This document shows, piece by piece, positions 32,801-42,874 of a stretch of DNA of 64,000 bases (positions are counted from its first letter, which is position 1; every line of letters starts with the position of its first letter). The stretch is taken from NCBI RefSeq assembly GCF_051251875.1, contig NZ_JBPOGL010000013.1:14683-78682 (forward strand), in the 5' to 3' direction. The translations under genes and the position numbers were made by a program. The notes below the pieces were generated by a model that ran no database searches, was not told where the DNA came from, and saw nothing but the letters and a program-made list of their open reading frames with translations. The DNA comes from Polaribacter sp. Lineage in GTDB: Bacteria > Bacteroidota > Bacteroidia > Flavobacteriales > Flavobacteriaceae.

Positions 32801-35800
32801 CATTTGGCTTCTATGCAATGACGCGGATGCAAGTCGCGCTTACAATATCGTTTATATATCCGATTTTTTATCGGAGCCTGACTTTCAATTGGTTGAAAAA
32901 ACGATTCTGTGTCTTATAAATAAACATGAATCTCTACGAACAGCTTATTCATTTTCGGATGAACTCAATGGTGTTCAACAGTATATTTCCCCCACAGACA
33001 ATACTCAATTCAGCCTAAATGTTGACGATAAGTTGCATTCCAATGCTAAGCTTACTCAATTCATCATTGATGAAAAAAACTACTTATTCGATTTAAGTAA
33101 TCCTTCACTTTTCAGGTGCTTCGTCAAAAAGAAGGAAAACGGAAAATGGGTGTTAATTTGGAATATTCATCACATAATTACTGATGGTTGGTCAATGAAT
33201 ATGCTTTTTGATGAGTTTGAAGAGATTTACAAACAGTTAGCTGAACTACGTTACATTCCTGATCATTCTAAAATTCAGAACAAAGACCATTCGATTTGGT
33301 ACAGGAAGCTGCAAGAGTCTGATTCTACAAAGAAGATGCTAAACTATTGGCGTGATCAACTAAGTGATTACGTTCCTTTTGAACTTACTTCTGATCGTCC
33401 ACGAGCAAAACTTAAGACCTATAATGGGGATCAACTTACTGTTCCTTTCACAGCTGATTTAGCCAAAATTCAGACTGATCTTGCCAGAAAAGAAAAAACG
33501 AGTGAATATACAATTGCGCTTTCTGCTTTTTTCATACTACTCAAACGATACACACAACAATCAGATTTACTGGTTGGGACACCAATAACAACGCGTACTC
33601 ATAGCCAATTGCAATCCATCGCAGGAATGCTGCTCAATACTGTGCCGATTCGTTCAAAGCTATCTGAAGAAAAAACATTCAATGAGGTACTACTCTCAAC
33701 TGAAAGGTCCGTTCAAAATGCTAGAGAAAATGGAGTTCTTGCCTTTAACAAAGTAGTTTCTGAGCTTGTAGATTCACCAGATTTAGCAAGAAATCCTTTG
33801 TTTGATATAATGTTCGTCTGGGAAGAATATTTTTCGGAGGAAAAAACCGAACGAAATGTAATTGCCAAACAGAAACTCACTACAAGTCATTCAAGTTTTG
33901 TGAAATTTGACCTTACGATTCTTATTCAAAAGGAAGAAGGTATTCCTAAGCTAACTCTTGAGTATAACACCGATTTGTTTGACAAATGGAGAATACAACA
34001 AATAGCCCAACACTTTTTCGCGATACTCCAAGCTTCAATTAAACAGGCTGATGCTCCGATTAAAAACATAAATGTACCTGTTCGACCATTACCTGTTCCC
34101 GCACAAGAAACACAACATCCATTGTCAACGTTGATGCATAGATTTGAACAACAAGTAGTTTCAAATCCAAATAATACGGCTGTAATTTTTTGTAACAACG
34201 CACTGACCTACGAAACACTTAATCGTAAAGCAAACCAACTAGCGAATCATTTAATTAGCTCATATCAAATTAAACCCGGAGATGTCATTGCTTGCTTTAT
34301 GGATCGCTCTGACAATTATATAGTAACTCTTTTAGGGATTCTTAAAACAGGAGCATGCTATATTCCATTAGCGTCTGATCTTCCAACAGAAAGAATTCAA
34401 CACATTCTTAACGAATCTGAGACTTCTGTTGTAATTACCTCTTCTGAAATGCACTTCCCTGTTTCAGACGTGGCTGTTCTTCTACTTGATGGTGAGTCTC
34501 TCAATTCGTCTGTTGAAAATCCTAAGATTCAACAAGTACCTGAGTCATTGGCTTATATAATTTATACTTCTGGTACAAGTGGGCAACCAAAGGGGGTTAT
34601 GATTTCTCATTCTGCCATTGTCAGCTATTGCAATCACCTTACTGAACAACATCCAATAAGTAAAAAAGACTGCATGGGAATGATCACCTCCCCTACTTTT
34701 GACTTATCTTACACAGCTCTTTGGCCTGCACTATTGACGGGTGCTTCAGTATGCGTTTTACCCGAAATTAAATCTCTAAACCATGAAGAGATTTCGAATT
34801 TCTTTAGGTCAATGCCCATCAATATTCTGAAATTAACACCAACGATTCTTCAATCTTTTCTGGACTTAAACATCGAGTTTCATCCAAATCTCCGTAGGTT
34901 GTTTGTTGGAGGTGAAGTTCTCCCCATGAGATTGGTTGAACAATTTCAAAAGAGATTTAATTCGGTTGAAATAGTCAATCATTACGGACCAACAGAAACG
35001 ACTGTTGGAGTTATCACTCATGCGTTAAAACCGGGTGAAATATGTCCGACTGCAACAGTACCTATAGGTAAACCTTTACCGGGTATCGAAGTCTTCGTCT
35101 TTGATGCTGAACTACATCATCGACCGATTGGATTTTCAGGTGAATTGTACATCGCTGGTCAACAACTTTCCAAGGGATATTTATGTCAGCCTGAAGTAAC
35201 AGCCAAAAGCTTTATTAAGCATCCAAAGAGTGGGGCGGTACTTTATAAAACGGGAGACATTGTACAACAAATGCCTGATGGAACGATTCTATATATAGGA
35301 AGAAAAGATCATCAGGTAAAGGTCAATGGAATTCGGGTTGAGATTGAGGAAATCATACATCAAATTGGTAGTATTTCAGAAATTAAAAATGTAGCGATTT
35401 CCTTTGTTGATAATTCAATCAATGCATATATAGTTACAACCAGGGACGTTGAATTATCTGAGCTAAGGAATCAACTTGCACTGAAGCTACCTGAATACAT
35501 GATTCCAACTCATTTTTATAGTGTAGATTCAATTCCTGTAACTCCAAATGGCAAAACAGATTTTGAAAAACTCAAAGAGAATCATAAACAAGCCGTAGAG
35601 TTTCAAAATATTGAGCGGGGTGCTTTACACGAGAAAATTTTACAATTATTCAAGGAAGTTCTGAACCGCGATGATATCCAATATTCAGATAGCTTTTTTA
35701 ATTCAGGAGGACACAGTTTAAAAGCCATGCAATTGTGCTTTCTCATTCAATCTGAGTGTAATTTATTCCTTGAACTCAATTCAATTTTCAGGTACCCAAC

Positions 35801-37190
35801 AGTTGACCAACTCACCGTATATCTAAACGAGAAAAAAACGCTGGGTGGCATACCAAAAATTAAGGACACAGAATTATATAAAACTTCTCCTCAACAACAG
35901 AGTATTTGGAGTTTATCTCAAACAACGGAGGGAAATCAAGCTTATAATGCGACTAAGGTGTATAAGCTAACAGGAGCTGTTGATGCTTTAAGTTTGGAGC
36001 AATGCTTTAAGCTTCTTCTGAAAAAGCATACATCTTTGCGTACTGCAATTATTGCAGAGCAGGGAGGGTTATTTCAGAGAATTCTTCCCGTTTCAACATC
36101 TGCATGGAAATACATTGACCAGCGATCTCAACCAGCAACGGACACTCAAATAAATTTCCTAATTCGAAAAACACTAAATTTCTCATTTAATCTTGAGGAA
36201 GGTTCTTTGTTTAAAGCCATTTTTGTGGAGTTTGATAAAGAAGTTTCATTTCTGCTTTTCTACATGCATCATATTTGTATTGATAAGTGGTCTTTCGACT
36301 TATTCTTTAACAATCTTCTTGAAGCCTATGTCACAGGAGGAGAAAAGCCATCTGAATCAGAACTTTCCTATGGAGATTATACTCATTGGTTAAGAACCGA
36401 AATTCATTCAGATGAGAATAGTTCCAAAAGTTACTGGAACCAACAATTATCCGGTTCATTGCCCTATTTGGAACTCCCTTTCTCAGGTAATCGTTCTGAC
36501 CACAAATCATTTCTGGGAAAAACGAGTGTTTTGATTTTACCTGATGTAGATTCTAAAAAGGTTCAACAACTTGCAGTTCAGCACCAGGTAAGTCCATTTT
36601 CAATTTACTATTCACTGACATGTCTATTGCTGTACACTGAAACAAGAGTAACAGACATTATTACTGGAACTCATTTTCTTGGGCGCTCCAGAAGTGACTT
36701 AGAGAAAATCGTTGGCATGTTTGTAAACACTCTACCAATTCGCGTTCAAATAAATAAAGAGCTGTCAATTGTGGAACTAGCAAAACAAGTGTACCATAAT
36801 ATCGTTTCGGGACAAATACATGAAACCTATCCATTTGCTCAGATTGTGAGCGATCTAGGGCTTAAACCTGAGATAAATAAAAACCCATTGTTTGGAATTA
36901 CGGTAGCTTACAATCAGATAACTGTTCCCCAAACGAGCGACTTGTTACCGTTTCAAATCGAACCTATTGAATCTGACACCTATGGTGGTTCAAGTAAATT
37001 CGATATATCCTTTACGTTTAATGAACATACGTTGAACAATGCTGTTCATTTTTCCATTGAATACAACGCATCACTTTATAATGATGAACAAATAGCCAAT
37101 CTTTCGAAATTGTTTTTACAGCTCCTCGATGAAGCAACTTTTTATCCTGACTTAAAAATTTCAACACTGAAATCGCCATCACAGGATTAA
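29865..37190 (+). CDS. NRPS, A(MT-interrupted)-T-C-A-T-C
   Basis: YTSGSTGLPKG/YGPTETT A cores; LEIGFGEG and INSVAQYFPS N-methyltransferase motifs; T GGSS and GGHS; C HHIITDG and terminal HHICIDK; no TE. Confidence 0.93.
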   Translation: MTSKGFLNLFKKSLDLFQSKHAVIDRSGSLTYLEVENLSNIICHNLSTNKNTANGTIVLFLPRTSATIVSILGIWKADCIYLPIDPTFPQERINYIIQDSKASAIISTPEFSEKLEHLAIDILHFDDLVEERNQNISPLFQEEKSAYKIYTSGSTGLPKGVNISHASFSNLLQAMQEILDLQESDQFYALTTISFDISLLELFLPLTLGATVVIAGNLSRDNPQMMIEDLHTFNISAMQATPAQWQLLLDVGWSGNSKLKAISGGENLTTKLANRLFTKVGKLWNMYGPTETTIWSTYYIVDDAILDSKNSKRSIPIGYPIRKTSLYVLDDAGNNVSADQLGELFIGGDGVAIGYINDLEKTAERFVTITRSGTEQRVYKTGDIVKILPNGALEFIQRNDLQVKLNGHRIELKEIESVIRSSNIVKEVVVKPITPLEETTYLTAFYTINQESKSAKTLGINQIRSLYDNIYSYNKADEPVIGWINSYTNQPFTAEEMESFYQNTYHRVSNYISGDILEIGFGEGHLMKKMIPSCNNYTGIELSKNTSEHINKNLFKNYKNKVQLLYGEPVEVIQNLDQFDFILINSVAQYFPSISYLKELLISLCNKIGEGFIFIGDVRNPRLQKSFYRSLLSQRNNGTSSSDDEEIIEQMFQSETELFIDYLEFQNLLNIEKVADIRFLTKDSPFDTEMDLFRYDVLIHISSNSKKPSPEHSIDYIDSYPDQLTNKLNAGKHSIVKLSNVPDIRLIPFSEKQPGSSIITYGIPNWKAIADQYNYRLEIQPSSTSNNNLDLYFYTPCIEAINLPSSTPPRENFTPQTDSTKNIKNAEIFEEILRETLREKLPAYMIPERYVMLDEFPLTHNWKIDRDRLTVSDKKVERKNASVAPKNEREKLLVEIWKEVLGMDDLGITDNFFSLGGSSIKALLIIAKVYKQHGLTLHVQDFFQFPIIEKMVQALTQDAKEIVLVDESSYYPVSPMEESIWLLCNDADASRAYNIVYISDFLSEPDFQLVEKTILCLINKHESLRTAYSFSDELNGVQQYISPTDNTQFSLNVDDKLHSNAKLTQFIIDEKNYLFDLSNPSLFRCFVKKKENGKWVLIWNIHHIITDGWSMNMLFDEFEEIYKQLAELRYIPDHSKIQNKDHSIWYRKLQESDSTKKMLNYWRDQLSDYVPFELTSDRPRAKLKTYNGDQLTVPFTADLAKIQTDLARKEKTSEYTIALSAFFILLKRYTQQSDLLVGTPITTRTHSQLQSIAGMLLNTVPIRSKLSEEKTFNEVLLSTERSVQNARENGVLAFNKVVSELVDSPDLARNPLFDIMFVWEEYFSEEKTERNVIAKQKLTTSHSSFVKFDLTILIQKEEGIPKLTLEYNTDLFDKWRIQQIAQHFFAILQASIKQADAPIKNINVPVRPLPVPAQETQHPLSTLMHRFEQQVVSNPNNTAVIFCNNALTYETLNRKANQLANHLISSYQIKPGDVIACFMDRSDNYIVTLLGILKTGACYIPLASDLPTERIQHILNESETSVVITSSEMHFPVSDVAVLLLDGESLNSSVENPKIQQVPESLAYIIYTSGTSGQPKGVMISHSAIVSYCNHLTEQHPISKKDCMGMITSPTFDLSYTALWPALLTGASVCVLPEIKSLNHEEISNFFRSMPINILKLTPTILQSFLDLNIEFHPNLRRLFVGGEVLPMRLVEQFQKRFNSVEIVNHYGPTETTVGVITHALKPGEICPTATVPIGKPLPGIEVFVFDAELHHRPIGFSGELYIAGQQLSKGYLCQPEVTAKSFIKHPKSGAVLYKTGDIVQQMPDGTILYIGRKDHQVKVNGIRVEIEEIIHQIGSISEIKNVAISFVDNSINAYIVTTRDVELSELRNQLALKLPEYMIPTHFYSVDSIPVTPNGKTDFEKLKENHKQAVEFQNIERGALHEKILQLFKEVLNRDDIQYSDSFFNSGGHSLKAMQLCFLIQSECNLFLELNSIFRYPTVDQLTVYLNEKKTLGGIPKIKDTELYKTSPQQQSIWSLSQTTEGNQAYNATKVYKLTGAVDALSLEQCFKLLLKKHTSLRTAIIAEQGGLFQRILPVSTSAWKYIDQRSQPATDTQINFLIRKTLNFSFNLEEGSLFKAIFVEFDKEVSFLLFYMHHICIDKWSFDLFFNNLLEAYVTGGEKPSESELSYGDYTHWLRTEIHSDENSSKSYWNQQLSGSLPYLELPFSGNRSDHKSFLGKTSVLILPDVDSKKVQQLAVQHQVSPFSIYYSLTCLLLYTETRVTDIITGTHFLGRSRSDLEKIVGMFVNTLPIRVQINKELSIVELAKQVYHNIVSGQIHETYPFAQIVSDLGLKPEINKNPLFGITVAYNQITVPQTSDLLPFQIEPIESDTYGGSSKFDISFTFNEHTLNNAVHFSIEYNASLYNDEQIANLSKLFLQLLDEATFYPDLKISTLKSPSQD

Positions 37191-40163
37191 AAACTGTTCT
37201 ATTTTTGACCAGTTCGATTTCCAGGATTCAATCAATTGATCAATTACAATATTGTCAATTTTCGCTTCATCCCAATAGACAAACAACTGTATTTCTTCCC
37301 TCTGTTCTTTAAATACAAATCCAACACCATTAAGGGACGAACGTGCTTCAAAGGGGGGAAGTAAATCTGATAAATCATCCAATTCTCCGGATCTTGGAGT
37401 AATATCAGGTATAAAGTTGAAATAGACCGGAAAGTCGGACTCAAGTTGATGCCCTAACTGTTCTTTTTGCTGAAGGAACTCATACCAAGCGTCTTTCGAT
37501 TTCATTAATGAATGAAATTGTTCAACACGCGCAATAACTGCAAATGGGTCACTATCATACTTGATCAGAAAAGGGAAATGATAGGCGAGCCATCCTACAG
37601 TTGCAGTATCATCCATACTTTCCATCTCTCCTCTTCCCGATAAAACAATCCGTGACAAGGCAGATTTCAACTCAAAAACTTCCATTACAGAAAGAGCTGA
37701 AGTAGTCAGTAGATAATTAAACGTTTCTTTGATAGCTATTCCCTTGAATGGGTTTGGGAATGAAATCATTTGAACTGCTTCTCCTTCAGTTTTTTTTACT
37801 TTAATTGATGAGGGAATAGCAACATCGTAATCTGATAGCAATGTGTTGCAATACTCTGTAGATCTTTCCGCATCCTCACTTGTTATTTGTTCTAACCAAT
37901 CGCAATAATCGGGTGAAGGTGGCAATATATTCTCTTCACATCTCAACAGATATTCCAGATTATTACGCAGCACTCTAAAGGAAATTCCATCGATTATAAA
38001 ATGATTGCACGCTAAATAAATAATTGTCTTTTCTCCATTGGGGTAAACTACAATACGCGAAAACACGCCTTCAAATGGATCAATCTCTTTCCTGTAAGTC
38101 TCTAGATTCTCAACAAACTCTTTGCTCGAAGTGTAATCACTTCCTGCGTTTATTAGTGTAAGTTGTGGCCGTTTATCAAATACTATTTCCTGTGATTCAA
38201 GATCCAATTCGAGTGCAGAAAACACGCGATAATGTTCTATCATTTTACTCAAGGCTATCGTCACAGCATCTATCTGATGACTTGCTTCCAGGAGTACTTC
38301 TAAATTGTTCGAAGAAATCTCCATTCTAGACTGTTCAATGAGCATTACTCTTTGGGAATAGTGCATCTTAACCTTACGGTAATCAAATACATGAAGATGG
38401 GCCTGATCCTTCTTCATTTTCTCCTTGATCAACATTCCCATCTGACCAATATTTTCATTGCTAATCAGGTCATTAACCGTAACGTTAACCGACCATTTCT
38501 CAAAGATTTTCAATTTCAGTAACACGACATTAATAGAGTTCCCTCCCAATGCGAAAAAGTTTGAACTTTCAGATGGAACAATCCCTTCGATTGATACTAC
38601 CTCTTTCCAAATATTAAAAAGATCCATTTGAAATTCTCCAGAGAGTTTCTGGTCTTCTTTTTGTGATTGTGGAAGTTTAAACAAACGAGCGATTGACTTT
38701 CTATCTACTTTTCCGGTTGTTCCCAAAGGAACACTATCAACCCGCATAAACCTCAAGGGAATCATATATTTTGGCAACTTAACAGCGATTGTTTCAGTTA
38801 ACTCTCTGATAAAAGCACCTTCGTCTTGTGGATCTTCGTAGGTTTTTAAACAAGTTACCAATTGATTTCCTTCCACAACGCAATAGGCTTCCTGAATTCC
38901 ATTACACGCAGAAAGAACTTGCTCAATTTCAATTAACTCAATTCTGTAACCGTTAACTTTTACTTGCAAATCCCGACGCTCAACAAACTGAACACTTTGA
39001 TCATCCTTTCTTCGAACAAGATCCCCTGTGCGAAATAGACGTAATTGTTTTCCGTTGAGGTTGATATCAACAATAGCTTTTTGCGTTAATTCATCTTGCC
39101 CAACATACCCTTTCATCAACCCAGGTGAACTTATGAAAACCTCGCCTGTTTCATCAATTTTAACAGGCACGAATTGATCATTAAGTACGTAATATTCCGT
39201 TCCATCAATGGGGTTCCCAATGAGTACAGGAATGTCTCTTTCTACTTTTGTTGCAGTTGCCCAAACAGTTGTTTCTGTTGGGCCGTAAAGATTCCATAAT
39301 TCTACTTTGCCCAAATCCAGCAATTCATTTTTCATTGCTTCTGTCATTGCTTCACCTCCACAAAACAAACGGATACTGTGATCTATTTTCCACCCATTGT
39401 TGAGCATTTGCCGATAAAACGAAGGTGTTCCTTGAATTAAAGTAACCTTGCACTTATCAATTAGCTGTGTGAGATTATCAGGGTTACCAACTTCATGTTT
39501 GGCAGCGAGTACAATTGTACTTCCTAGTATTAATGGAATGAACAGTTCAACAACATGCGGATCAAATGCAAAAGACGTTTGTGCCAAGAACACATCCCTG
39601 GATGTAAACTTCATCTGCCCCCTAAAGGCATTCATGAAATAATTAAGACCATCTTTTCGAATTGCAATTCCTTTTGGTTTACCAGTAGTTCCTGACGTAT
39701 AAATAGTATAAACTATTTCATCCGCTGCTTCAAATGGAGTATCCTTATTTCCACTGTGCAACTCTCCTTTTTGCATTAAATCACTTACAGAATGAGTCTG
39801 GACATTCATCAATTGGAATTCCTTATTCTCATCATTTGCGATTACCTGACGTATCCCCATATCTTCGAGAATAAACATCATTCGATCTTTGGGAGAATCA
39901 GGGGGAATGAACACATAAGCTCTATTCAATGACATTAGCGCAATGCTTGCAATGAGAAATTCAGGTGAACGTTCGAGGTGAATCCCAATGGTTTCATTTT
40001 TGTCGAATTGAAGAGTCGTAAGTCCTCTTCGCATCTCCGAAATTTCTTTTTCTAGATCACCATATGAAATTTCTTTTCCATCACAAATAACTGCTACTGA
40101 ATTTTGAATGTTCAATGCATGATTCTGCAACACTTCATATATTTCTAGAGTTGGTTCATTCAT
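37179..40163 (-). CDS. NRPS, A-T-C/E-like
   Basis: YTSGTTGKPKG, YGPTETT, TGKVDR; T FFALGGNS; terminal domain NHFIIDG...TVGW. Confidence 0.9.
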   Translation of the reverse strand: MNEPTLEIYEVLQNHALNIQNSVAVICDGKEISYGDLEKEISEMRRGLTTLQFDKNETIGIHLERSPEFLIASIALMSLNRAYVFIPPDSPKDRMMFILEDMGIRQVIANDENKEFQLMNVQTHSVSDLMQKGELHSGNKDTPFEAADEIVYTIYTSGTTGKPKGIAIRKDGLNYFMNAFRGQMKFTSRDVFLAQTSFAFDPHVVELFIPLILGSTIVLAAKHEVGNPDNLTQLIDKCKVTLIQGTPSFYRQMLNNGWKIDHSIRLFCGGEAMTEAMKNELLDLGKVELWNLYGPTETTVWATATKVERDIPVLIGNPIDGTEYYVLNDQFVPVKIDETGEVFISSPGLMKGYVGQDELTQKAIVDINLNGKQLRLFRTGDLVRRKDDQSVQFVERRDLQVKVNGYRIELIEIEQVLSACNGIQEAYCVVEGNQLVTCLKTYEDPQDEGAFIRELTETIAVKLPKYMIPLRFMRVDSVPLGTTGKVDRKSIARLFKLPQSQKEDQKLSGEFQMDLFNIWKEVVSIEGIVPSESSNFFALGGNSINVVLLKLKIFEKWSVNVTVNDLISNENIGQMGMLIKEKMKKDQAHLHVFDYRKVKMHYSQRVMLIEQSRMEISSNNLEVLLEASHQIDAVTIALSKMIEHYRVFSALELDLESQEIVFDKRPQLTLINAGSDYTSSKEFVENLETYRKEIDPFEGVFSRIVVYPNGEKTIIYLACNHFIIDGISFRVLRNNLEYLLRCEENILPPSPDYCDWLEQITSEDAERSTEYCNTLLSDYDVAIPSSIKVKKTEGEAVQMISFPNPFKGIAIKETFNYLLTTSALSVMEVFELKSALSRIVLSGRGEMESMDDTATVGWLAYHFPFLIKYDSDPFAVIARVEQFHSLMKSKDAWYEFLQQKEQLGHQLESDFPVYFNFIPDITPRSGELDDLSDLLPPFEARSSLNGVGFVFKEQREEIQLFVYWDEAKIDNIVIDQLIESWKSNWSKIEQFLIL

Positions 40164-41320
40164 AGATTGTTCACCTTGTAAATTGGAAAATAAGAATCAA
40201 TTGTGCCCTTTTTATAATCCTGGTTTAAAGTCAATATCTCGTCCCATTCATAAACATGATTCGTATCAATAACAGGCATCCAATCATTAGAAATGGCGTA
40301 CTCCATTGCTTCTATAGCATCGCTATATCTAGCATAATGGGTATGTATATGTTGATGCCTTTGAATACTTTCGATTGCTCTAAAATAGGACAGCTTCATA
40401 CCTTCTTTCCAACCTGAAGTCGTTATCACGCCTTGTCTGGAAAGTGCTTTTAATGTTGCTCTATACACAGGCAATCCGATATTATCAATGAAGATTGCAA
40501 CTTGACGGTTATTTGTTGCCGCATTAATGTTATTGAGAAAGATTTTCTCGCTCTTAATATAGCATTCCCGATAATTTGAATCCCTTTCATATTTATCAGG
40601 ATTAAAGTTCAAATCTGCAAATTCATTTCGATCTAGCGAATTGATTCCCAAATCAGCCAAATTTGTAAATCGCTTTTCTTTAGAGGTAATCATTAAAGTC
40701 TTAAAACCTTTTTCTTTGGCAAGTAATAACTCTGCGAATCCTACTCCACCTCCCCAAGAGGCTACCGTCATTTCAGATAAAGACACATCTGTCATTTGTG
40801 ACCTCCAGCACTTGTAACTGATTTTCCAATTTGACCAGGCCGTTATATATCTCAGTGAAAAGGCAGCCCATTGTTTCAATGAAAAATTACTTCGTGAAGG
40901 TATTCTAATTAAAGTATTCGAAGGAAGTACAGTTCTTTTTGCGAGTATACCCATTGTTCCCTTAGCATCATATCCAAGAATTTTTTTCGGAAACCCATAT
41001 TCGTCTGCTACTGCATTACAGAACACCAATGCATAATCTCCTTGTTTAAGATGGGATTGTGGGCTACCTGTTTTGAGGATTCTCACAACCCCAGCATTCC
41101 CAAGAACAATTTCCTTTTCTTTTCTCTGTAAACATATATCTACTGGGTCTCTCATAATTGCATGATGCATATTACCTTCCCAACATCCATAAATTGGTTC
41201 AACTAATATCGTCTTTATTGATAAGGTGGGAAGTTCTATTTTCTTTAAAATTAATTCACCTGGTACTCTATGTATTTTACCTTGTTCTAAAACCCATGCA
41301 TCTGTTAATTCTCTACTCAT
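40160..41320 (-). CDS. MDR-family NAD(P)H oxidoreductase, divergent crotonyl-CoA carboxylase/reductase-like
   Basis: WGGGVG Rossmann motif; LGYD and HTHYARYSDAIEA align by eye with CCR WGFE and GSHFANYREAWEA. Confidence 0.65.
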   Translation of the reverse strand: MSRELTDAWVLEQGKIHRVPGELILKKIELPTLSIKTILVEPIYGCWEGNMHHAIMRDPVDICLQRKEKEIVLGNAGVVRILKTGSPQSHLKQGDYALVFCNAVADEYGFPKKILGYDAKGTMGILAKRTVLPSNTLIRIPSRSNFSLKQWAAFSLRYITAWSNWKISYKCWRSQMTDVSLSEMTVASWGGGVGFAELLLAKEKGFKTLMITSKEKRFTNLADLGINSLDRNEFADLNFNPDKYERDSNYRECYIKSEKIFLNNINAATNNRQVAIFIDNIGLPVYRATLKALSRQGVITTSGWKEGMKLSYFRAIESIQRHQHIHTHYARYSDAIEAMEYAISNDWMPVIDTNHVYEWDEILTLNQDYKKGTIDSYFPIYKVNNL

Positions 41321-41330
41321 ACCTAATTGT

Positions 41331-42074
41331 TTAAAGATTAATTACAAATATTTTGCATAAATAATTGATCTTGATTAATCTATTTTTTTTAAATTTTATA
41401 AAAAGCTGTTCGATACTATCTCGAAATTCTTTTTTATGAACTTGGATAAAATATGAATTAGATTCAAGCCTTCCTACAAATCCATCGATGTCTAATATCT
41501 GACTATTAGCTATTTCTTTATACTCCACTGATTTAGACATAAATTTCCTTTTTAGTATATCTGCATCATACAAAACTTCCTTATTTATACTATATAAAGG
41601 AAAAAGTCGTAAAAGTATTTCTTCAAATTCCTGATTAAATGCATCCTCAGTTTTCTCTCTGTCATTCCAACAAATAAGAATTTTCCCACTGGGTTTAAGT
41701 ATTCTTTTTGCTTCAATAATAGATTTTGGATTATCACACCAATGAAAAGATTGCCCAAATGAAACCATATCCATTGAATCATTTGGTAGTCCTGTTGATT
41801 CCGAATTACTATTTATAGCATGAAAAGTATTGAATTTTTCATATTTATGAATCATCAATTTAACCATTTTTTCATTGGGTTCAATGGCGAATACGATGAA
41901 TCCCTGATCTAAAAATCGTTCCGATAAACGTCCTGTTCCTGCTCCTATATCAGCTATTTTTTTTACTGTAGAATCTCTTTCATTATTTATTAAAGAAACA
42001 ATTCCTGTGGGATATTCTGGTCTGAATTTATCGTACAGAATTTCCTTTTTATCATATAATTTTGTTGTATCCAT
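41331..42074 (-). CDS. Class I SAM-dependent methyltransferase
   Basis: YDKFRPEYP, ADIGAGTG, AIEPN, QSFHW motifs. Confidence 0.9.
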   Translation of the reverse strand: MDTTKLYDKKEILYDKFRPEYPTGIVSLINNERDSTVKKIADIGAGTGRLSERFLDQGFIVFAIEPNEKMVKLMIHKYEKFNTFHAINSNSESTGLPNDSMDMVSFGQSFHWCDNPKSIIEAKRILKPSGKILICWNDREKTEDAFNQEFEEILLRLFPLYSINKEVLYDADILKRKFMSKSVEYKEIANSQILDIDGFVGRLESNSYFIQVHKKEFRDSIEQLFIKFKKNRLIKINYLCKIFVINL

Positions 42075-42077
42075 TTT

Positions 42078-42872
42078 CTAACCTTTAATGCGAATTCTTC
42101 TCGTTGTTTTGGGGTATTGGGAATCTAGATCGAGAGCTTTATGCATTAGTGAATAATTATCCCATATAAGTAAGTCATTCTTTTCCCACTTGTGATAATA
42201 CAAATACTTTTTTTCTGTTGCGAAGTCATACAAATACTTGAGTAATTCGTCACTCTCCTCTTTAGGAATACCATCAAGCCCCTTTAGCCAATTTTCATTT
42301 AAGTACAAGGCTTTAATTCCAGATATTGGATGAATTTTAACTAATGGATGTTTTAAGTTATGTAAGCTATTGACGATTTCCGTTTCTGGCTCAAGTCCCA
42401 TTTCTATTAAGTCATCTACATAAATTTGCCTACATGGATAATTCCCTTCCAAATGTTCAATTCTTAATTTCATATCTTCAGGGATGTCGGAATAGGCTTG
42501 AGATAGATTACAAAATACGGTTTCTCCTCCCACCAATGGTGCTTCCTCACAAGACAATAAGGTAATTCTTGAAGGCTCTTTTGTTTGAGGTCCATCAGAA
42601 TGCCAGTACATGCCTCCTCCATTCATTCCTTTCCCCTCTACATTTGATTGCAACCTGATTGTCTCAAAGCCCAGAGCTTGATATTTGTAAGGATAAGCAA
42701 CTTCTGGTACTCCAAAATAATTAGAAAACGAATCGAAACCTGCAAAATCCAAGTTGGCATTTCTTAAAACCAAAAGTTTGTTCTTAAGTAGTAATTTCCT
42801 AAGTTTATCTTTCGTGTATTTATGAAATTCTAATATTTCAAGCACAAAATCATCTGAATTATTTATAATCAT
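42078..42872 (-). CDS. TauD/TfdA-family Fe(II)/2OG dioxygenase
   Basis: WHSDG (HxD), GGETVF, HPLVKIHP.SG.KALY, WDN..LMH, RRI. Confidence 0.92.
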   Translation of the reverse strand: MIINNSDDFVLEILEFHKYTKDKLRKLLLKNKLLVLRNANLDFAGFDSFSNYFGVPEVAYPYKYQALGFETIRLQSNVEGKGMNGGGMYWHSDGPQTKEPSRITLLSCEEAPLVGGETVFCNLSQAYSDIPEDMKLRIEHLEGNYPCRQIYVDDLIEMGLEPETEIVNSLHNLKHPLVKIHPISGIKALYLNENWLKGLDGIPKEESDELLKYLYDFATEKKYLYYHKWEKNDLLIWDNYSLMHKALDLDSQYPKTTRRIRIKG

Positions 42873-42874
42873 AT

